A stretch of DNA of 64,000 nt from Tepidisphaera sp. (GCA_050916045.1 CP051526.1:960001-1024000), one strand, 5' to 3'. Positions 29,152 to 39,181 are shown, numbered from the stretch's first letter. The notes: generated from the letters alone by a model not told the origin. Numbers and translations are program-made.

Positions 29152-29721
29152 TTACCTTCCGATGCCCCGACGCGTCGGGCCGGAGTAGAACCCCAGGATC
29201 GGGTTCAGCATCAAAAGCACCGCGCCCAACGGCAGCGCGACCAGGCCCGTATAGACCGACGAGAGAAGCCCCTGCCACAGGGCCGTCCCCGGGCGGAAGT
29301 CCATCGGGTCATACAGCGACCGGATCGAGAGCAGCGCCACCACAAGCACCGTGCACACCGAGCCGCCCAGCAGCGCGAGAAACGCGAGTGAGATGGGGTT
29401 CTTGCGGAACACCACCCCGCGCATGGTGAGCGTGAACTGCGCCAGAAGCACATAGCCGAGCACGTTGGGGCCCAGCACGATGAGGTCCGACGCGCCCGCA
29501 GGGCTCACCAACACGCGACGCGACGAAAGGTCGACGCACGCGCCGAGAAGCACGGCGGCCCACAGTGCGTGCGGCTTGGGTGCGCCCATTGCCACGTAGA
29601 CCGCGAGGATCAGAACAAAGCTCGGCGCGATCCCCTGCTCGCCGAAGGGCATCGCCGCTCGCAGGCCGATTTCCAGACCGACGAAGATCCACGCCAGCAG
29701 AAGGAAGGGGATCCACCTCAT
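29152..29721 (-). CDS. mreD: Rod shape-determining protein MreD
   Basis: Hydrophobic multi-TM; P.FVLILAVY, LLG..VDL, LGPNVLGY; follows mreC. Confidence 0.8.
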   Translation of the reverse strand: MRWIPFLLLAWIFVGLEIGLRAAMPFGEQGIAPSFVLILAVYVAMGAPKPHALWAAVLLGACVDLSSRRVLVSPAGASDLIVLGPNVLGYVLLAQFTLTMRGVVFRKNPISLAFLALLGGSVCTVLVVALLSIRSLYDPMDFRPGTALWQGLLSSVYTGLVALPLGAVLLMLNPILGFYSGPTRRGIGR

Positions 29722-30626
29722 CGCGCCGCCCCCTCAACCCCGCCCATGGCTTGGAGCCTGAGCAGCAATTCGGAGAGTCGCTCGATGTTCACCGTGGGCC
29801 TCACGACGATGACCTGCCGGAGCGGATCGCTCGGGGAGGGCGAGACCGACTCCACCCTGCCGACGATCAGCATCCGGGCGCTCTTGGGCCAGTCCATGTC
29901 GTCCAGCCGCACGATCTGTCCCACCGCCGCGGCCGGGGCGCCCGCGCCGGGATCGACGCTCGCGTCGCCCGAGATCCGGAGCACATCGCCTTTGAGCGTG
30001 CCGTCACCCACCGGCACCAGATTGGCTCCGATCTCGGCCGGGCCTTCGCCGGTCATGATCGCGACCTGGATCTTGCCCGCCGATCGCCGCGTGATGGGCA
30101 TCACAAAGCACGTCGGGCCGGACGAAGAGGTGACGCGGCCGACAAGCTGAAGTCCGGTCGTGGTCGCCACCGTGGTCCGATCCGTCTCGATCGAGGGGCC
30201 CGTCCGAACCGAAAGCAGCCCCGCCGAGAGATCGGCCGATGTTCCGATCACCGGGGCGACAAGCTGCTGCACGCGGGCTTCGGGGTTGAGGGAAAGCCCG
30301 AGCTGGAGCTCACGGATCATCTCGCGGAGACGCTGCGTCTCTGCACGCTCGCGGAGGTAGAGAGTCTCGAACTCCTGCTTGCGCTCTTCGAGAAGCTTGA
30401 GTTCCTCGGCTTTGGGCGGTTCGGGTGGGGAAAGCACCGACCGCGACATCGCGAGAACGTTCCGCGAGATCGGCGCCGTCGGAATGATCACCAGACGCGA
30501 AAGCTCACCCACCCAGCCGGACCACCGGGCGGGGATCAGCGCGAAAATCCCGGAGAGCACCAAGGCTCCGGGAAGCAGGAGCCTTTCCATCCCCGTCCCG
30601 GAATGATGCGATCGGTGGTGGCTCAT
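29718..30626 (-). CDS. mreC: Rod shape-determining protein MreC
   Basis: N-terminal TM, coiled coil, beta domains (APVIG, LVGRV, IVGRVESV, VVRP...RL); between mreB and mreD. Confidence 0.8.
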   Translation of the reverse strand: MSHHRSHHSGTGMERLLLPGALVLSGIFALIPARWSGWVGELSRLVIIPTAPISRNVLAMSRSVLSPPEPPKAEELKLLEERKQEFETLYLRERAETQRLREMIRELQLGLSLNPEARVQQLVAPVIGTSADLSAGLLSVRTGPSIETDRTTVATTTGLQLVGRVTSSSGPTCFVMPITRRSAGKIQVAIMTGEGPAEIGANLVPVGDGTLKGDVLRISGDASVDPGAGAPAAAVGQIVRLDDMDWPKSARMLIVGRVESVSPSPSDPLRQVIVVRPTVNIERLSELLLRLQAMGGVEGAAR

Positions 30627-30651
30627 GCGTGCTCAGCGTACCCGATCGGGG

Positions 30652-31695
30652 TTATCCGTTGTTTTCGAGGTTGACCTTCCAGCGGTCCATGTTCTCAAGC
30701 CAGATGGCCGTCCCGCGGGCGACGCAGGTCAGCGGGTCGTCCGCCAGGCGGGTGTCCAGGCCGGTGGCTTTCTGGATGACGGACGTCAGGCCGCGGAGCA
30801 GCGATCCGCCGCCCGCCATGACGATGCCGTTGTCGACCAGGTCGGCGGCGAGTTCGGGCTCGACGGTTTCGAGGGTGCGGGAGACGGCCTGAACGATCGA
30901 TGAGACGGGCTCCTGCAGGGCTTCGCGGATCTCCTCGCTGGTGACGACGGTCTTGCGCGGCAGGCCGGAGATCATGTCCCGGCCGCGGACTTCCATGCTG
31001 GTCTCGGGACCGGTGGCGGCGGCGGAGCCGATCTCGATCTTGACACGTTCGGCGGTCTGCTCGCCGATCATCATGTTGTAAGCCCGCTTCATGTGGCTGA
31101 TGATGGCTTCGTCCATGTCGTCGCCGGCGACGCGGACGCTTTCGCAGGTGGCGATGCCGCCGAGCGAAAGAACGGCGACCTCGGTGGTGCCGCCGCCGAT
31201 GTCGACGATCATGCTCGCGGTGGGCTCGACGAAGGGCAGGCCGGCGCCGATGGCGGCGGCGACGGGTTCCTTGATGAGGTAGGTGCGGCGGGCCCCGGCG
31301 CGGGCGGCGGACTGGTAGACCGCTTCCTTCTCGACGGCGGTGATGCCCGAGGGAACGCTGACGACGACGCGCGGGCCGAAGATCTTGCTCTTGCCGTTCA
31401 CCTTGCGGATGAAGTACGCGAGCATGGCTTCGGTGATGTCAAAGTCAGAAATGACGCCGTCCTTGAGCGGACGGACGGCCGTGATGTCTCCGGGGGTCTT
31501 GCCGAGCATCTCCTTGGCGACCCAGCCGACGGCGTTGCCGTTCCACAGGACCTTGTTGGTCCCCTTTTCGACCGCGACGACGCTGGGCTCGTTCAGTACG
31601 ATGCCCTGGCCGCGAACGGACACAAGCGTGTTGCAGGTGCCCAGATCGATGCCCATATCAACGCTGAAAAGACCAAGAAAGCGGTCTAGAAACAA
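30652..31695 (-). CDS. mreB: Actin-like protein MreB
   Basis: GIDLGTCNT, NEPSVVA, RPLKDGVISDF, VDIGGGTTEVA, AGGGSLL, DPLTCVARG. Confidence 0.98.
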   Translation of the reverse strand: MFLDRFLGLFSVDMGIDLGTCNTLVSVRGQGIVLNEPSVVAVEKGTNKVLWNGNAVGWVAKEMLGKTPGDITAVRPLKDGVISDFDITEAMLAYFIRKVNGKSKIFGPRVVVSVPSGITAVEKEAVYQSAARAGARRTYLIKEPVAAAIGAGLPFVEPTASMIVDIGGGTTEVAVLSLGGIATCESVRVAGDDMDEAIISHMKRAYNMMIGEQTAERVKIEIGSAAATGPETSMEVRGRDMISGLPRKTVVTSEEIREALQEPVSSIVQAVSRTLETVEPELAADLVDNGIVMAGGGSLLRGLTSVIQKATGLDTRLADDPLTCVARGTAIWLENMDRWKVNLENNG

Positions 31696-31966
31696 GTGCG
31701 GCCTCCTGCCTGCTCGGAAACTCTACCCCGGCCCCCGGAACGCAATCCCCGCAATTTACCTGCAACCGTCCGGTCCTGCCGTGGCCCGGTGGCTGGCGGC
31801 CGCGGACCCCAACACGTTCCGGACCGCCATGCATCATTATTGCCCATCCGCTGCCGCTCAGCGCGATTGTGAAGACTTCGTTGAGATTCGGCGCGGACCG
31901 TCGTTCCGGCGGCCCGCTGGCTCGGCTTGCTCTACCCTTCCCCCCACCCGTGTATCGGAGTCCAGC

Positions 31967-32353
31967 ATGGCGTCCGTGCTCATTCTTGTCGGCCGCAACA
32001 AAGGCGAACTCTTCCCCTTCGACGAAGCCCGTCCGGACGGCGCTGTCATCGGCCGGGATCCCGATTGCCAGGTTCAGCTGACCGACGAGAAGGTTTCCCG
32101 GCATCACTGCCGGATCGTGTTTGATCCCGCCGACAGCACCAGCCGGATCATGGACCTTGGCAGCGCCAATGGGACCGCCGTCAACGGCGTCAAGGTCGAG
32201 GGCAAGCCCATTCTCCGCGACGGCGACACCATCGCCATCGGCCAGTCCCTGCTCCGGTTCTCGGATCGCAAGCTGTCCCACGGCGCCCAGGATTACGCCG
32301 GGATGCAGCACATTCCCCGGCAGAAGGAACGCTTCCGCGAAACGCAGGCCTGA
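31967..32353 (+). CDS. FHA domain protein
   Basis: IGR, VSRHH, DLGSANGTAVNG, L.DGD.I.IG FHA motifs; ATG 31967 with GGAG upstream. Confidence 0.88.
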   Translation: MASVLILVGRNKGELFPFDEARPDGAVIGRDPDCQVQLTDEKVSRHHCRIVFDPADSTSRIMDLGSANGTAVNGVKVEGKPILRDGDTIAIGQSLLRFSDRKLSHGAQDYAGMQHIPRQKERFRETQA

Positions 32354-32373
32354 GCCCATACGCTCCTGCGTTG

Positions 32374-33540
32374 ATGCTTTACGATGCGCTCATTCTCGGC
32401 ACCGGCACCATGGGTGTCGCCGCCGCCCTCGCTCTCGCCCGACGCGGACGGCTCGCTCTCGGCGTCGACAAAGCAAGCGTTCCCAACACGACGTCGGAGC
32501 ATTTCGGCGGCGCCCGGATGTTCCGGACGGCCTACTACGAGCACCCCGCGTACGTGCCGCTCCTCAAGCGAAGCCGCGAGCTTTGGCTTGAACTCAACGC
32601 TTCCTGCGGCCGCACGCTTTACCACGAGACGGGCGGGCTCTACCTCGGCCCGGCACGCGGCGGCGAGGTCGTGGACCGCTCGGCGGAGGCGGCCCGGCAG
32701 CACGGCATCCCGCACGAAGTGCTTTCATCCGACGAGATTGCCGCCCGGTTTCCCCAGTTCCGTCCGCCGGCCGGATTCCACGACTGGATCGGCCTGATCG
32801 AACCCGCGGCGGGCGTCATCCGGCCCGAACTCGCGGTCGCTTCGATGGCCGGCCTCGCTCGCGACGCCGGAGCGACTCTGGGAACCCACGAGGAAGTCCA
32901 GGAGGTCATTCCCGGCGATGAGATCGAGATCGTCACCGATCGAGCCCGATACCACGGCAAGACGCTCATCGTCACCGCCGGGGCTTGGACCCGGAAGATC
33001 CTGAGCCTCAGCGACCTGCCCGCGCCCGCCATCACCGTCACGCGTCAGCCCATCGGCTGGTTCAAGCCGCCGCCAGACGAAGCCGCGTTCGCCCTGCAGG
33101 GGCCCGGCAAGCCTCCGTGCTGGGCGTTCGAAGATGAGCCGGGGTCGCTTCTATACGGGTTTCCCGTGCTGCCGGGGGAGGATTCGTTCCGCGTCGCTCG
33201 CCATCGCCGCGGGGCGGTCGTGGATCCCGACGCGATCGATCGAACGGTGACCGCGGCGGATGTTGCGGACTTCGAACCCGCGATCCGATCGCTGCTTCCG
33301 GGTTCGGGCGAGGTCGCTCGCTCGGCGGTTGCTTTCTACGCCAACTCGGAGGACTCGCACTTCATCATCGATCGCTTGCCGGGGCATCCCAACATCGTCG
33401 TGGGAGCCGGGTTCTCGGGGCACGGCTTTAAGTTCGCGCCGGTGGTGGGGGAGATTCTCGCGGATCTGGCGGCGGATCCGACCGCGCCGGTCCCGCCGGA
33501 ACTCTCGCTTTTCAGTTTGGGGCGGTTCGCGGCCCGTTGA
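32374..33540 (+). CDS. solA: N-methyl-L-tryptophan oxidase / monomeric sarcosine oxidase family flavoprotein
   Basis: GTGTMG Rossmann motif, SEHFGGARMFR.AYYE, TAGAW, HFIID, GFSGHGFKF. Confidence 0.88.
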   Translation: MLYDALILGTGTMGVAAALALARRGRLALGVDKASVPNTTSEHFGGARMFRTAYYEHPAYVPLLKRSRELWLELNASCGRTLYHETGGLYLGPARGGEVVDRSAEAARQHGIPHEVLSSDEIAARFPQFRPPAGFHDWIGLIEPAAGVIRPELAVASMAGLARDAGATLGTHEEVQEVIPGDEIEIVTDRARYHGKTLIVTAGAWTRKILSLSDLPAPAITVTRQPIGWFKPPPDEAAFALQGPGKPPCWAFEDEPGSLLYGFPVLPGEDSFRVARHRRGAVVDPDAIDRTVTAADVADFEPAIRSLLPGSGEVARSAVAFYANSEDSHFIIDRLPGHPNIVVGAGFSGHGFKFAPVVGEILADLAADPTAPVPPELSLFSLGRFAAR

Positions 33541-33594
33541 TGCTCCCGGCGTGGACTCTCGCGCCGTCCACCGAACTCGCGAAGGAACGCCCGA

Positions 33595-34209
33595 TTGCTC
33601 CGCAACGCCACAAGCACATCGCGTCTCCTGCCGATCCACGCCCTCGCTCTCGGGCTCAACACGCTCGTCGCGTCGTGGTACGGCATGATGCTGGTGCACG
33701 AACTAGGCCACGTGGCCGCCGCGCTCGCGACGGGGTCGCGGATCGAGAGCGTGCGAATTCCCTTGGTCGGATTCTCGCAGACGGAGATTTCGGTGTACCA
33801 CCATCCGCTCTGGGTGGTCGCGATGGGGCCGGTGGTGGGGGTCGCGGTTCCTCTGGCCGTGTGGGCGGTGGTGCGTGGGCCGACCCGGCGGTTTCGGGAT
33901 CGGTGGAGCCTTGAGCCGCTTTCACGGTTCTTCGCGGGGTTCTGCCTGGTCGCCAACGGCGGGTACCTCGCGTCCGCCATCGCTCAGCCGGTCGGGGATG
34001 TCGAAGAGCTGGTGCTTTTCGGCGTCCCGATCTTGGTCCTCACGCTCCTGGGCGGGCTGGGGGTGCTCGCGGGCCTGGCGATGTGGAACGGGCTTGGCAA
34101 AGCGTTCGGCTTTCGGGGTGCGGTCGCGAATCCTGGGATGCTGAACTCGGCGACCGTCTGGATGGCGGTCACGATGGCTTCGACGATCGTGGTGGAAGCG
34201 GTGTGGTAG
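33595..34209 (+). CDS. M50-like membrane metallopeptidase
   Basis: HELGH in a TM helix, MGP motif, downstream GD; multiple TM segments. Confidence 0.65.
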   Translation: MLRNATSTSRLLPIHALALGLNTLVASWYGMMLVHELGHVAAALATGSRIESVRIPLVGFSQTEISVYHHPLWVVAMGPVVGVAVPLAVWAVVRGPTRRFRDRWSLEPLSRFFAGFCLVANGGYLASAIAQPVGDVEELVLFGVPILVLTLLGGLGVLAGLAMWNGLGKAFGFRGAVANPGMLNSATVWMAVTMASTIVVEAVW

Positions 34210-34248
34210 AGGCCTGGGGACACGCCGGGTGCGGCTCTACAGTCCTCC

Positions 34249-35277
34249 ATGGACTGGTTTGACGCCCATCTCGATCTCGCCTGCATCGCTCTTGAAGGCC
34301 GCGACATGCTCGCGGATGAACCGGACGGCGGAGCCAATCCGCCGGGCGCGATCACGCTCCCGACGCTTCGCGCGGGGAACGTGCGAGCGGCCCTCGCGAC
34401 GATCTTCATCGAGCCCGAAGGAACGCCGGACGCGATCGCGTACAAGTCCGGCGATTCCGAATCGGCGTCCGCCGCCGCTCACCGGCAACTTGAGATCTAC
34501 CAAGCCTGGGCAAGATCGGGTGAGTGTGCGATTGGCTTGCCAGCCAACTCGCTTTCGTCGGGCCCCGTTCGCTTCGCGGTGCTGGTCGAGGGCGCCGACG
34601 GCATCCGCTCGCCGGAGGAACTTGCGTGGTGGGTCGAGCGCGGCGTGGTCGCGATCGGCCTCGCGTGGGCCAAGCAGACGCGGTACGCGGGCGGGAACAC
34701 GTGCGAAACGGGCCTGACTGATCTGGGGCGAGCGATGATCCGCGAGATGGACCGGCTTGGCGTGGTGCACGACACGACGCACCTGTCGGACGCTTCGCTT
34801 CGCGAGCTTTTCGAGCGGGCGGAGGGGCCGATCATCGCGACGCACTCCAACTGCCGGGCTTTGCTCGACGATGGGTCCCTCGCGATCGGCCCGCGGCAGC
34901 GGCACCTGACCGACGACTCGATCAGAGAGATCGGTCGGCGCGGCGGCATGATCGGGAGCGTGCTCTACTCGCCGTTCATCATCCGCGGCGGCAAACGGGA
35001 CCGCCGGGCGACACTCGCGGAATGGGCGGAGCACGTCGATCGGCAGTGTGAGCTGATGGGCAATCGTTCGCAGGTCGGGCTTGGGTCCGACGCGGACGGC
35101 GGGTTCTCGGCGCTCACCCTGCCCGAGGGTGTGAACCGTCCCCGCGACTACGACAAGCTTGCCGAAACCCTGCGGAATCGCGGCTGGAGCGATGCCGAGG
35201 TCGAAGGCTTCGCGTGGAGAAACTGGACGGATTTCTGGGCCAGGCACAACCCGCTCCGTGACTCCGTGACTTCCTGA
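34249..35277 (+). CDS. Membrane dipeptidase (peptidase M19)
   Basis: FDAHLD, VEGAD, GLTDLG, D.THL, ATHSN, RHLTD, GLGSD.DGG. Confidence 0.9.
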   Translation: MDWFDAHLDLACIALEGRDMLADEPDGGANPPGAITLPTLRAGNVRAALATIFIEPEGTPDAIAYKSGDSESASAAAHRQLEIYQAWARSGECAIGLPANSLSSGPVRFAVLVEGADGIRSPEELAWWVERGVVAIGLAWAKQTRYAGGNTCETGLTDLGRAMIREMDRLGVVHDTTHLSDASLRELFERAEGPIIATHSNCRALLDDGSLAIGPRQRHLTDDSIREIGRRGGMIGSVLYSPFIIRGGKRDRRATLAEWAEHVDRQCELMGNRSQVGLGSDADGGFSALTLPEGVNRPRDYDKLAETLRNRGWSDAEVEGFAWRNWTDFWARHNPLRDSVTS

Positions 35278-35306
35278 CGCCGTGGCTTCCGGTCTACCCT
35301 CCCGCA

Positions 35307-36515
35307 ATGGCCAAGAAAGCCAAATCCTCCAAAGCCACCGGCGGCACGTTCGCCGACCGCGTGCAGGATCTTCCCCCGCCGCCGATGACGCGCGGATATC
35401 CGCCGCCCGTTTCGCTTGGGGCCGTTCTCGGCCAGGACCACGCGGTGAGCATCCTTCGCAAAGCGGTCGCCGCCGACCGCGTCCACCACGCCTGGATCTT
35501 CCATGGTCCGCGCGGCGTGGGAAAGTTCACCGCCGCTCTCGCGTTCGCCGCGCTCATCCTCGACCCCACCTCCACCCCGGGCCTGACCGGCGAGATCGAA
35601 CCCGATCCCGAAGGCCGCGTCGCCAAGCTCCTCGCCGCGGGCACGCACCCCGACCTCCACGTGATCACCAAGGAACTCGCGCGGTACCACGAGGACAAGG
35701 ACGTTCGCGACAAGAAGCTCATCACCATCCCCAAGGAAGTGATCGTCGAGCATCTCATCGAGCCCGCGAAGAAAGGTCCGAACCTCCAGAACGATGCCCG
35801 CGTCGCCAAGGTCTTCATCATCGATGAAGCCGAACTGATGGATCGTTCGCTCACGAACGCGCCGGTCCAGAACTCGATCCTCAAAACGCTCGAAGAGCCC
35901 GACGGCAAGACCGTGATCATCTTGGTCACCTCAAGCCCCGAGCGTCTTCTCACCACCATCCGGAGCCGGTCGCAGCAGGTCCGTTTCGGCCCGCTTGATC
36001 CGACCTCGATGAAGCGGTGGGTCGGAGCTCAGGACACCTCCGCCTGGGGCATCGATCGGGAAGAGCTCGCGTGGCTTGTCGATCAGGCCGAGGGGTCGCC
36101 CGGCGAGTTCATGACCGCACGCGAGATGGGCATCTACGCGTGGCACCAGACGCTCGCGCCGATGCTCCGCGAAGCCGCACGCGGGAAGTACAGCATGGGC
36201 CTTGGCCCCAAGATCGCCGAGCTCATCGAGAAGCAGGCCGAATCGGTCGTGAAGGCCACCCCCCAAGCGAGCAAGGAAGCCGCCAATCGCGCCGCCGCTT
36301 CGAGGCTCTTCCGGCTGATCTCGCGGTTCTATCGCGATCACCTCCGGTCGGGCCTGCCCCGCGGCGTGGACAGCGGGTTCAACGACGGCGCCTGCCGCGC
36401 GATCGACGCGGTACGGCAAGCCGAGCGCCTCGTGGACGCTCAGGTCAACCTCACCTTCATCGGTGAGTGGCTCTCGGCCGAGCTTGTCGCCGCGGCCGAG
36501 CCCATGCCGGTGTGA
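35307..36515 (+). CDS. holB: DNA polymerase III delta' subunit
   Basis: GQDHA, HHAWIFHGPRGVGK, HPDL, KVFIIDEAELM, NSILKTLEEP, LLTTIRSR. Confidence 0.9.
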   Translation: MAKKAKSSKATGGTFADRVQDLPPPPMTRGYPPPVSLGAVLGQDHAVSILRKAVAADRVHHAWIFHGPRGVGKFTAALAFAALILDPTSTPGLTGEIEPDPEGRVAKLLAAGTHPDLHVITKELARYHEDKDVRDKKLITIPKEVIVEHLIEPAKKGPNLQNDARVAKVFIIDEAELMDRSLTNAPVQNSILKTLEEPDGKTVIILVTSSPERLLTTIRSRSQQVRFGPLDPTSMKRWVGAQDTSAWGIDREELAWLVDQAEGSPGEFMTAREMGIYAWHQTLAPMLREAARGKYSMGLGPKIAELIEKQAESVVKATPQASKEAANRAAASRLFRLISRFYRDHLRSGLPRGVDSGFNDGACRAIDAVRQAERLVDAQVNLTFIGEWLSAELVAAAEPMPV

Positions 36516-36521
36516 TTCGAT

Positions 36522-37481
36522 TCAGAACGCGAACTTGATATTCAGGCCGACCACCGGCGTGGCTTCGGACTCGAACTCGCTGATCTTGTTGCCGTTGGTG
36601 TCCTCGAGGCGGAACTTTCGGTAGGCGTAGACGCCAGCGTATCCGCCGAGGGTGATGTTTCGCGAGGGGGCGTACTCGAACCCGAGCTCGATGGGGACAG
36701 CCCGGTCGCGGCCGACGCCTTCGGGGGCGGCGTCGCGGTCGTTGAGGCGGAACTCTTTGCCTTCGAACGTTGCGCCCAGGGAGAACGTCCACGCTTTGGA
36801 CGGCGTGTAGAGCAGAGAAAGGCCCGGGCGATTCAGGGTTGCGAGTCTCCACTCATCGGAAATCTTCCAATCGATGCCGGGGATCGGGATGATCAGGACG
36901 TTGTCCTCGATGCGGGATTGGGCGAAGAGGCCGAGAGAGGCGGAGAAGGTCTCGGTGCACTGGTGCGAGACTGCGCCGAAGCCGCCGTAGGTCAGGGTGT
37001 CGCTGAACTCAGCCCCTTCTTCGCCCGCGCTGCCGATGGTGGCACCGAGGACCATGCCCCATTTGCCGCCCAAGGGCTGGGAGTAGATGGCGGAGAGGTC
37101 GACCGCGTGGATGTCCGACCAGGGCTCAGAGAAGCCGGGGGCGAAGCCGGTGGCGTCTTTGAAGTCGTAGAACGAGGTGGTCCAGTCGAGGTTCACAGCC
37201 AGGCGGCTCTTCTCGCCGGTGGGGATGAGGATGCCGAGTTCAGCCCCGGCGCGGGAGACCGCGACGCTGCCGGGGGCCTTGTCGAAGTCGGTGGAGAAGG
37301 CGTGGGAGCCACTGAGGGTGAAGGAGACGCGCCAGGGATCTTTGCTCTTGGTGGCTTGGTCGAGCGGGGGAGGGGTAGGAGTGGGGGCCGGAGTCGGCTG
37401 GGGCTGGGCGTAGGCGACGATCGCGGCCTGCTGGGTGAGGTCGGGGTTGGTGAGGACGTTGGGGGGGAGGTCGATCATCAT
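36522..37481 (-). CDS. Outer-membrane beta-barrel protein (DUF6268-like)
   Basis: Alternating amphipathic strands, IPIPGIDWKI, C-terminal GLNIKFAF; start estimated at ATG 37481. Confidence 0.7.
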   Translation of the reverse strand: MMIDLPPNVLTNPDLTQQAAIVAYAQPQPTPAPTPTPPPLDQATKSKDPWRVSFTLSGSHAFSTDFDKAPGSVAVSRAGAELGILIPTGEKSRLAVNLDWTTSFYDFKDATGFAPGFSEPWSDIHAVDLSAIYSQPLGGKWGMVLGATIGSAGEEGAEFSDTLTYGGFGAVSHQCTETFSASLGLFAQSRIEDNVLIIPIPGIDWKISDEWRLATLNRPGLSLLYTPSKAWTFSLGATFEGKEFRLNDRDAAPEGVGRDRAVPIELGFEYAPSRNITLGGYAGVYAYRKFRLEDTNGNKISEFESEATPVVGLNIKFAF

Positions 37482-37552
37482 GGTGCGAAGCCTTTCGTGC
37501 CCACGGGAGGTTTCGATTCGACGAGCATAGCGGAACTCAAGCGGCGGCGTGG

Positions 37553-38539
37553 CTAGAGCCCGAGCATGGCCCGCTTCTCCGCCCATTCGGCGGCTTCGCG
37601 TTTGTTCTCTGAGACGATCGCGCCCGCGCCACCCGAAGACAGGCCTCGGATGGCGTCGATCTCGAGGCGGCTGAGGCGGACGCTTTCGAAGGCGTAGTCG
37701 CGCCAAGCTTCGACGCTGATGGGCACGATGGGCTCGATGAGGGCGAGCATGGCTGCGGCGAACGCCCGGATCTCGCTCTGGGCGTGGTGGTCGAGGCGGA
37801 GCGACAGGAAGTGCAGCGTGTTGTGCAGGTCGCACTTCCAATACCACTCGGTGTACATGTTGACGGGGAGGCCGATGCGGGCCATCTCGCGGCTGACGCC
37901 CGCGTCGGTGAGTTTGATGTACTCGTGGTAGCTGGCTTCGACGGTGTCGAGGAAGCGGACGAACTCTTCGGCGGTCTTGAGTTCGCCAGCGTCGCCGCTG
38001 ACGCCCATGGCTTCTTCGCCGCCTTGGCGGTTGCTCTTGCTCTGCTTCCTGACCTCGGCCACCGTTGGTTTGTAAAAACGGTCGGGGATGATCGAGTAGC
38101 GGCCTGAGTATTCGTTGACGTTCGCGGTTCGGTGGCGGATCCACTGTCTGGCGATGAAGATGGGCATGCAGACGTGGAACTTGAACTCGACCATCTCGAA
38201 CGGGGTCGAGTGCCGGTGCCGCATGAGGTAGCGGATGAGCCCCTTGTCCTCGCTGACCTGCTTGGTCCCCTGGCCATAACTGACGCGGGCGGCCTGCACG
38301 ATGGCGGCGTCGGCGGTCTTCCCCTTGGGCACGAGCCTGGGCATGGTGTCGACGAGGGCGACAAACCCGTGGTCGAGGACGGGGATCTCCCAGCGGGCCG
38401 AGCCTCCCATGGCGTCGACCATCTCCCCCTCGCCAGCGGCGGGGGCGACCTTCTTGATCTTGGCGTCCATCTCAGCGACGAGCGCGGGGGCGGCGTGGTT
38501 GGGGTGGAGGGCGGGGGTGTGGGGGGCAGGGGGGGGCAT
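37553..38539 (-). CDS. thyX: FAD-dependent thymidylate synthase
   Basis: AARVSY, HSTPFEM, PIFIARQWIRHRTANVNEYSGRY, REMARIGLP, FLSLR...HAQ.EIR. Confidence 0.97.
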   Translation of the reverse strand: MPPPAPHTPALHPNHAAPALVAEMDAKIKKVAPAAGEGEMVDAMGGSARWEIPVLDHGFVALVDTMPRLVPKGKTADAAIVQAARVSYGQGTKQVSEDKGLIRYLMRHRHSTPFEMVEFKFHVCMPIFIARQWIRHRTANVNEYSGRYSIIPDRFYKPTVAEVRKQSKSNRQGGEEAMGVSGDAGELKTAEEFVRFLDTVEASYHEYIKLTDAGVSREMARIGLPVNMYTEWYWKCDLHNTLHFLSLRLDHHAQSEIRAFAAAMLALIEPIVPISVEAWRDYAFESVRLSRLEIDAIRGLSSGGAGAIVSENKREAAEWAEKRAMLGL

Positions 38540-38558
38540 GGGCGAGGGTAGACGGGGC

Positions 38559-38581
38559 GTAGCACGGGCTTCCAGCCCGTG
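38559..38581 (+). repeat. GTAG-type REP-like palindrome
   Basis: GTAG followed by CACGGGCT-TCC-AGCCCGTG. The reverse strand reads HGLEARAT, a repeat I recall from PVC genomes. Confidence 0.65.
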
Positions 38582-38694
38582 GGGCAGGGGGGTGGTGTGG
38601 ACTGGGCGCGACCCTGTCCGGCATCAGTTCGTCGAAGTACGGTAGAATCGTGTTGGAACTCTCCGCACTTTCAAGTACGATCAGAGCAACTCGC

Positions 38695-39087
38695 ATGACA
38701 CCCACGAACTCAATCGAACCTGTTGAAAAACGATTGCCCTCCCAACCATCGAACGGATTGCTTGTCATTGGGCTAATCTTCTTGGCGTTTAACGCTTTCT
38801 CGATAATGTCTCGTGGCGTCTCCGGCTGGAACTTCTTCGGACTTGCTGCCAGCATTGGCTCGATTCTGGTCTACGTGGCCAATCGACAAAAACATGCCGA
38901 CGCCCTCACCGAGCGAAAAGACCGGCAGCCGGAAACTGAGCTCAATCATCGTGCGAGAAAGCTCGACCTTTTAGAGCGGGAATTGGAATTGGATAAGCGA
39001 GAGAGCGAACTCATGAAGCGGCTGGAGCAACTCAACCGCAACGCCGCTCCTGTGGACCGTAACGCAGCGGCAGATGAGAGGGTCTAG
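38695..39087 (+). CDS. Small 2-TM protein with C-terminal coiled coil (AT-richer islet)
   Basis: Two hydrophobic helices, then a charged heptad region; atypical codon usage. Confidence 0.6.
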   Translation: MTPTNSIEPVEKRLPSQPSNGLLVIGLIFLAFNAFSIMSRGVSGWNFFGLAASIGSILVYVANRQKHADALTERKDRQPETELNHRARKLDLLERELELDKRESELMKRLEQLNRNAAPVDRNAAADERV

Positions 39088-39181
39088 CAGACGCACTTCA
39101 TTATCCATAGTTGACCGAAGCATTCAAGCCACCGCAGTGGGCATATGAAGCGATGAGGAGCGTGATGGTTGAGGAGAACCA

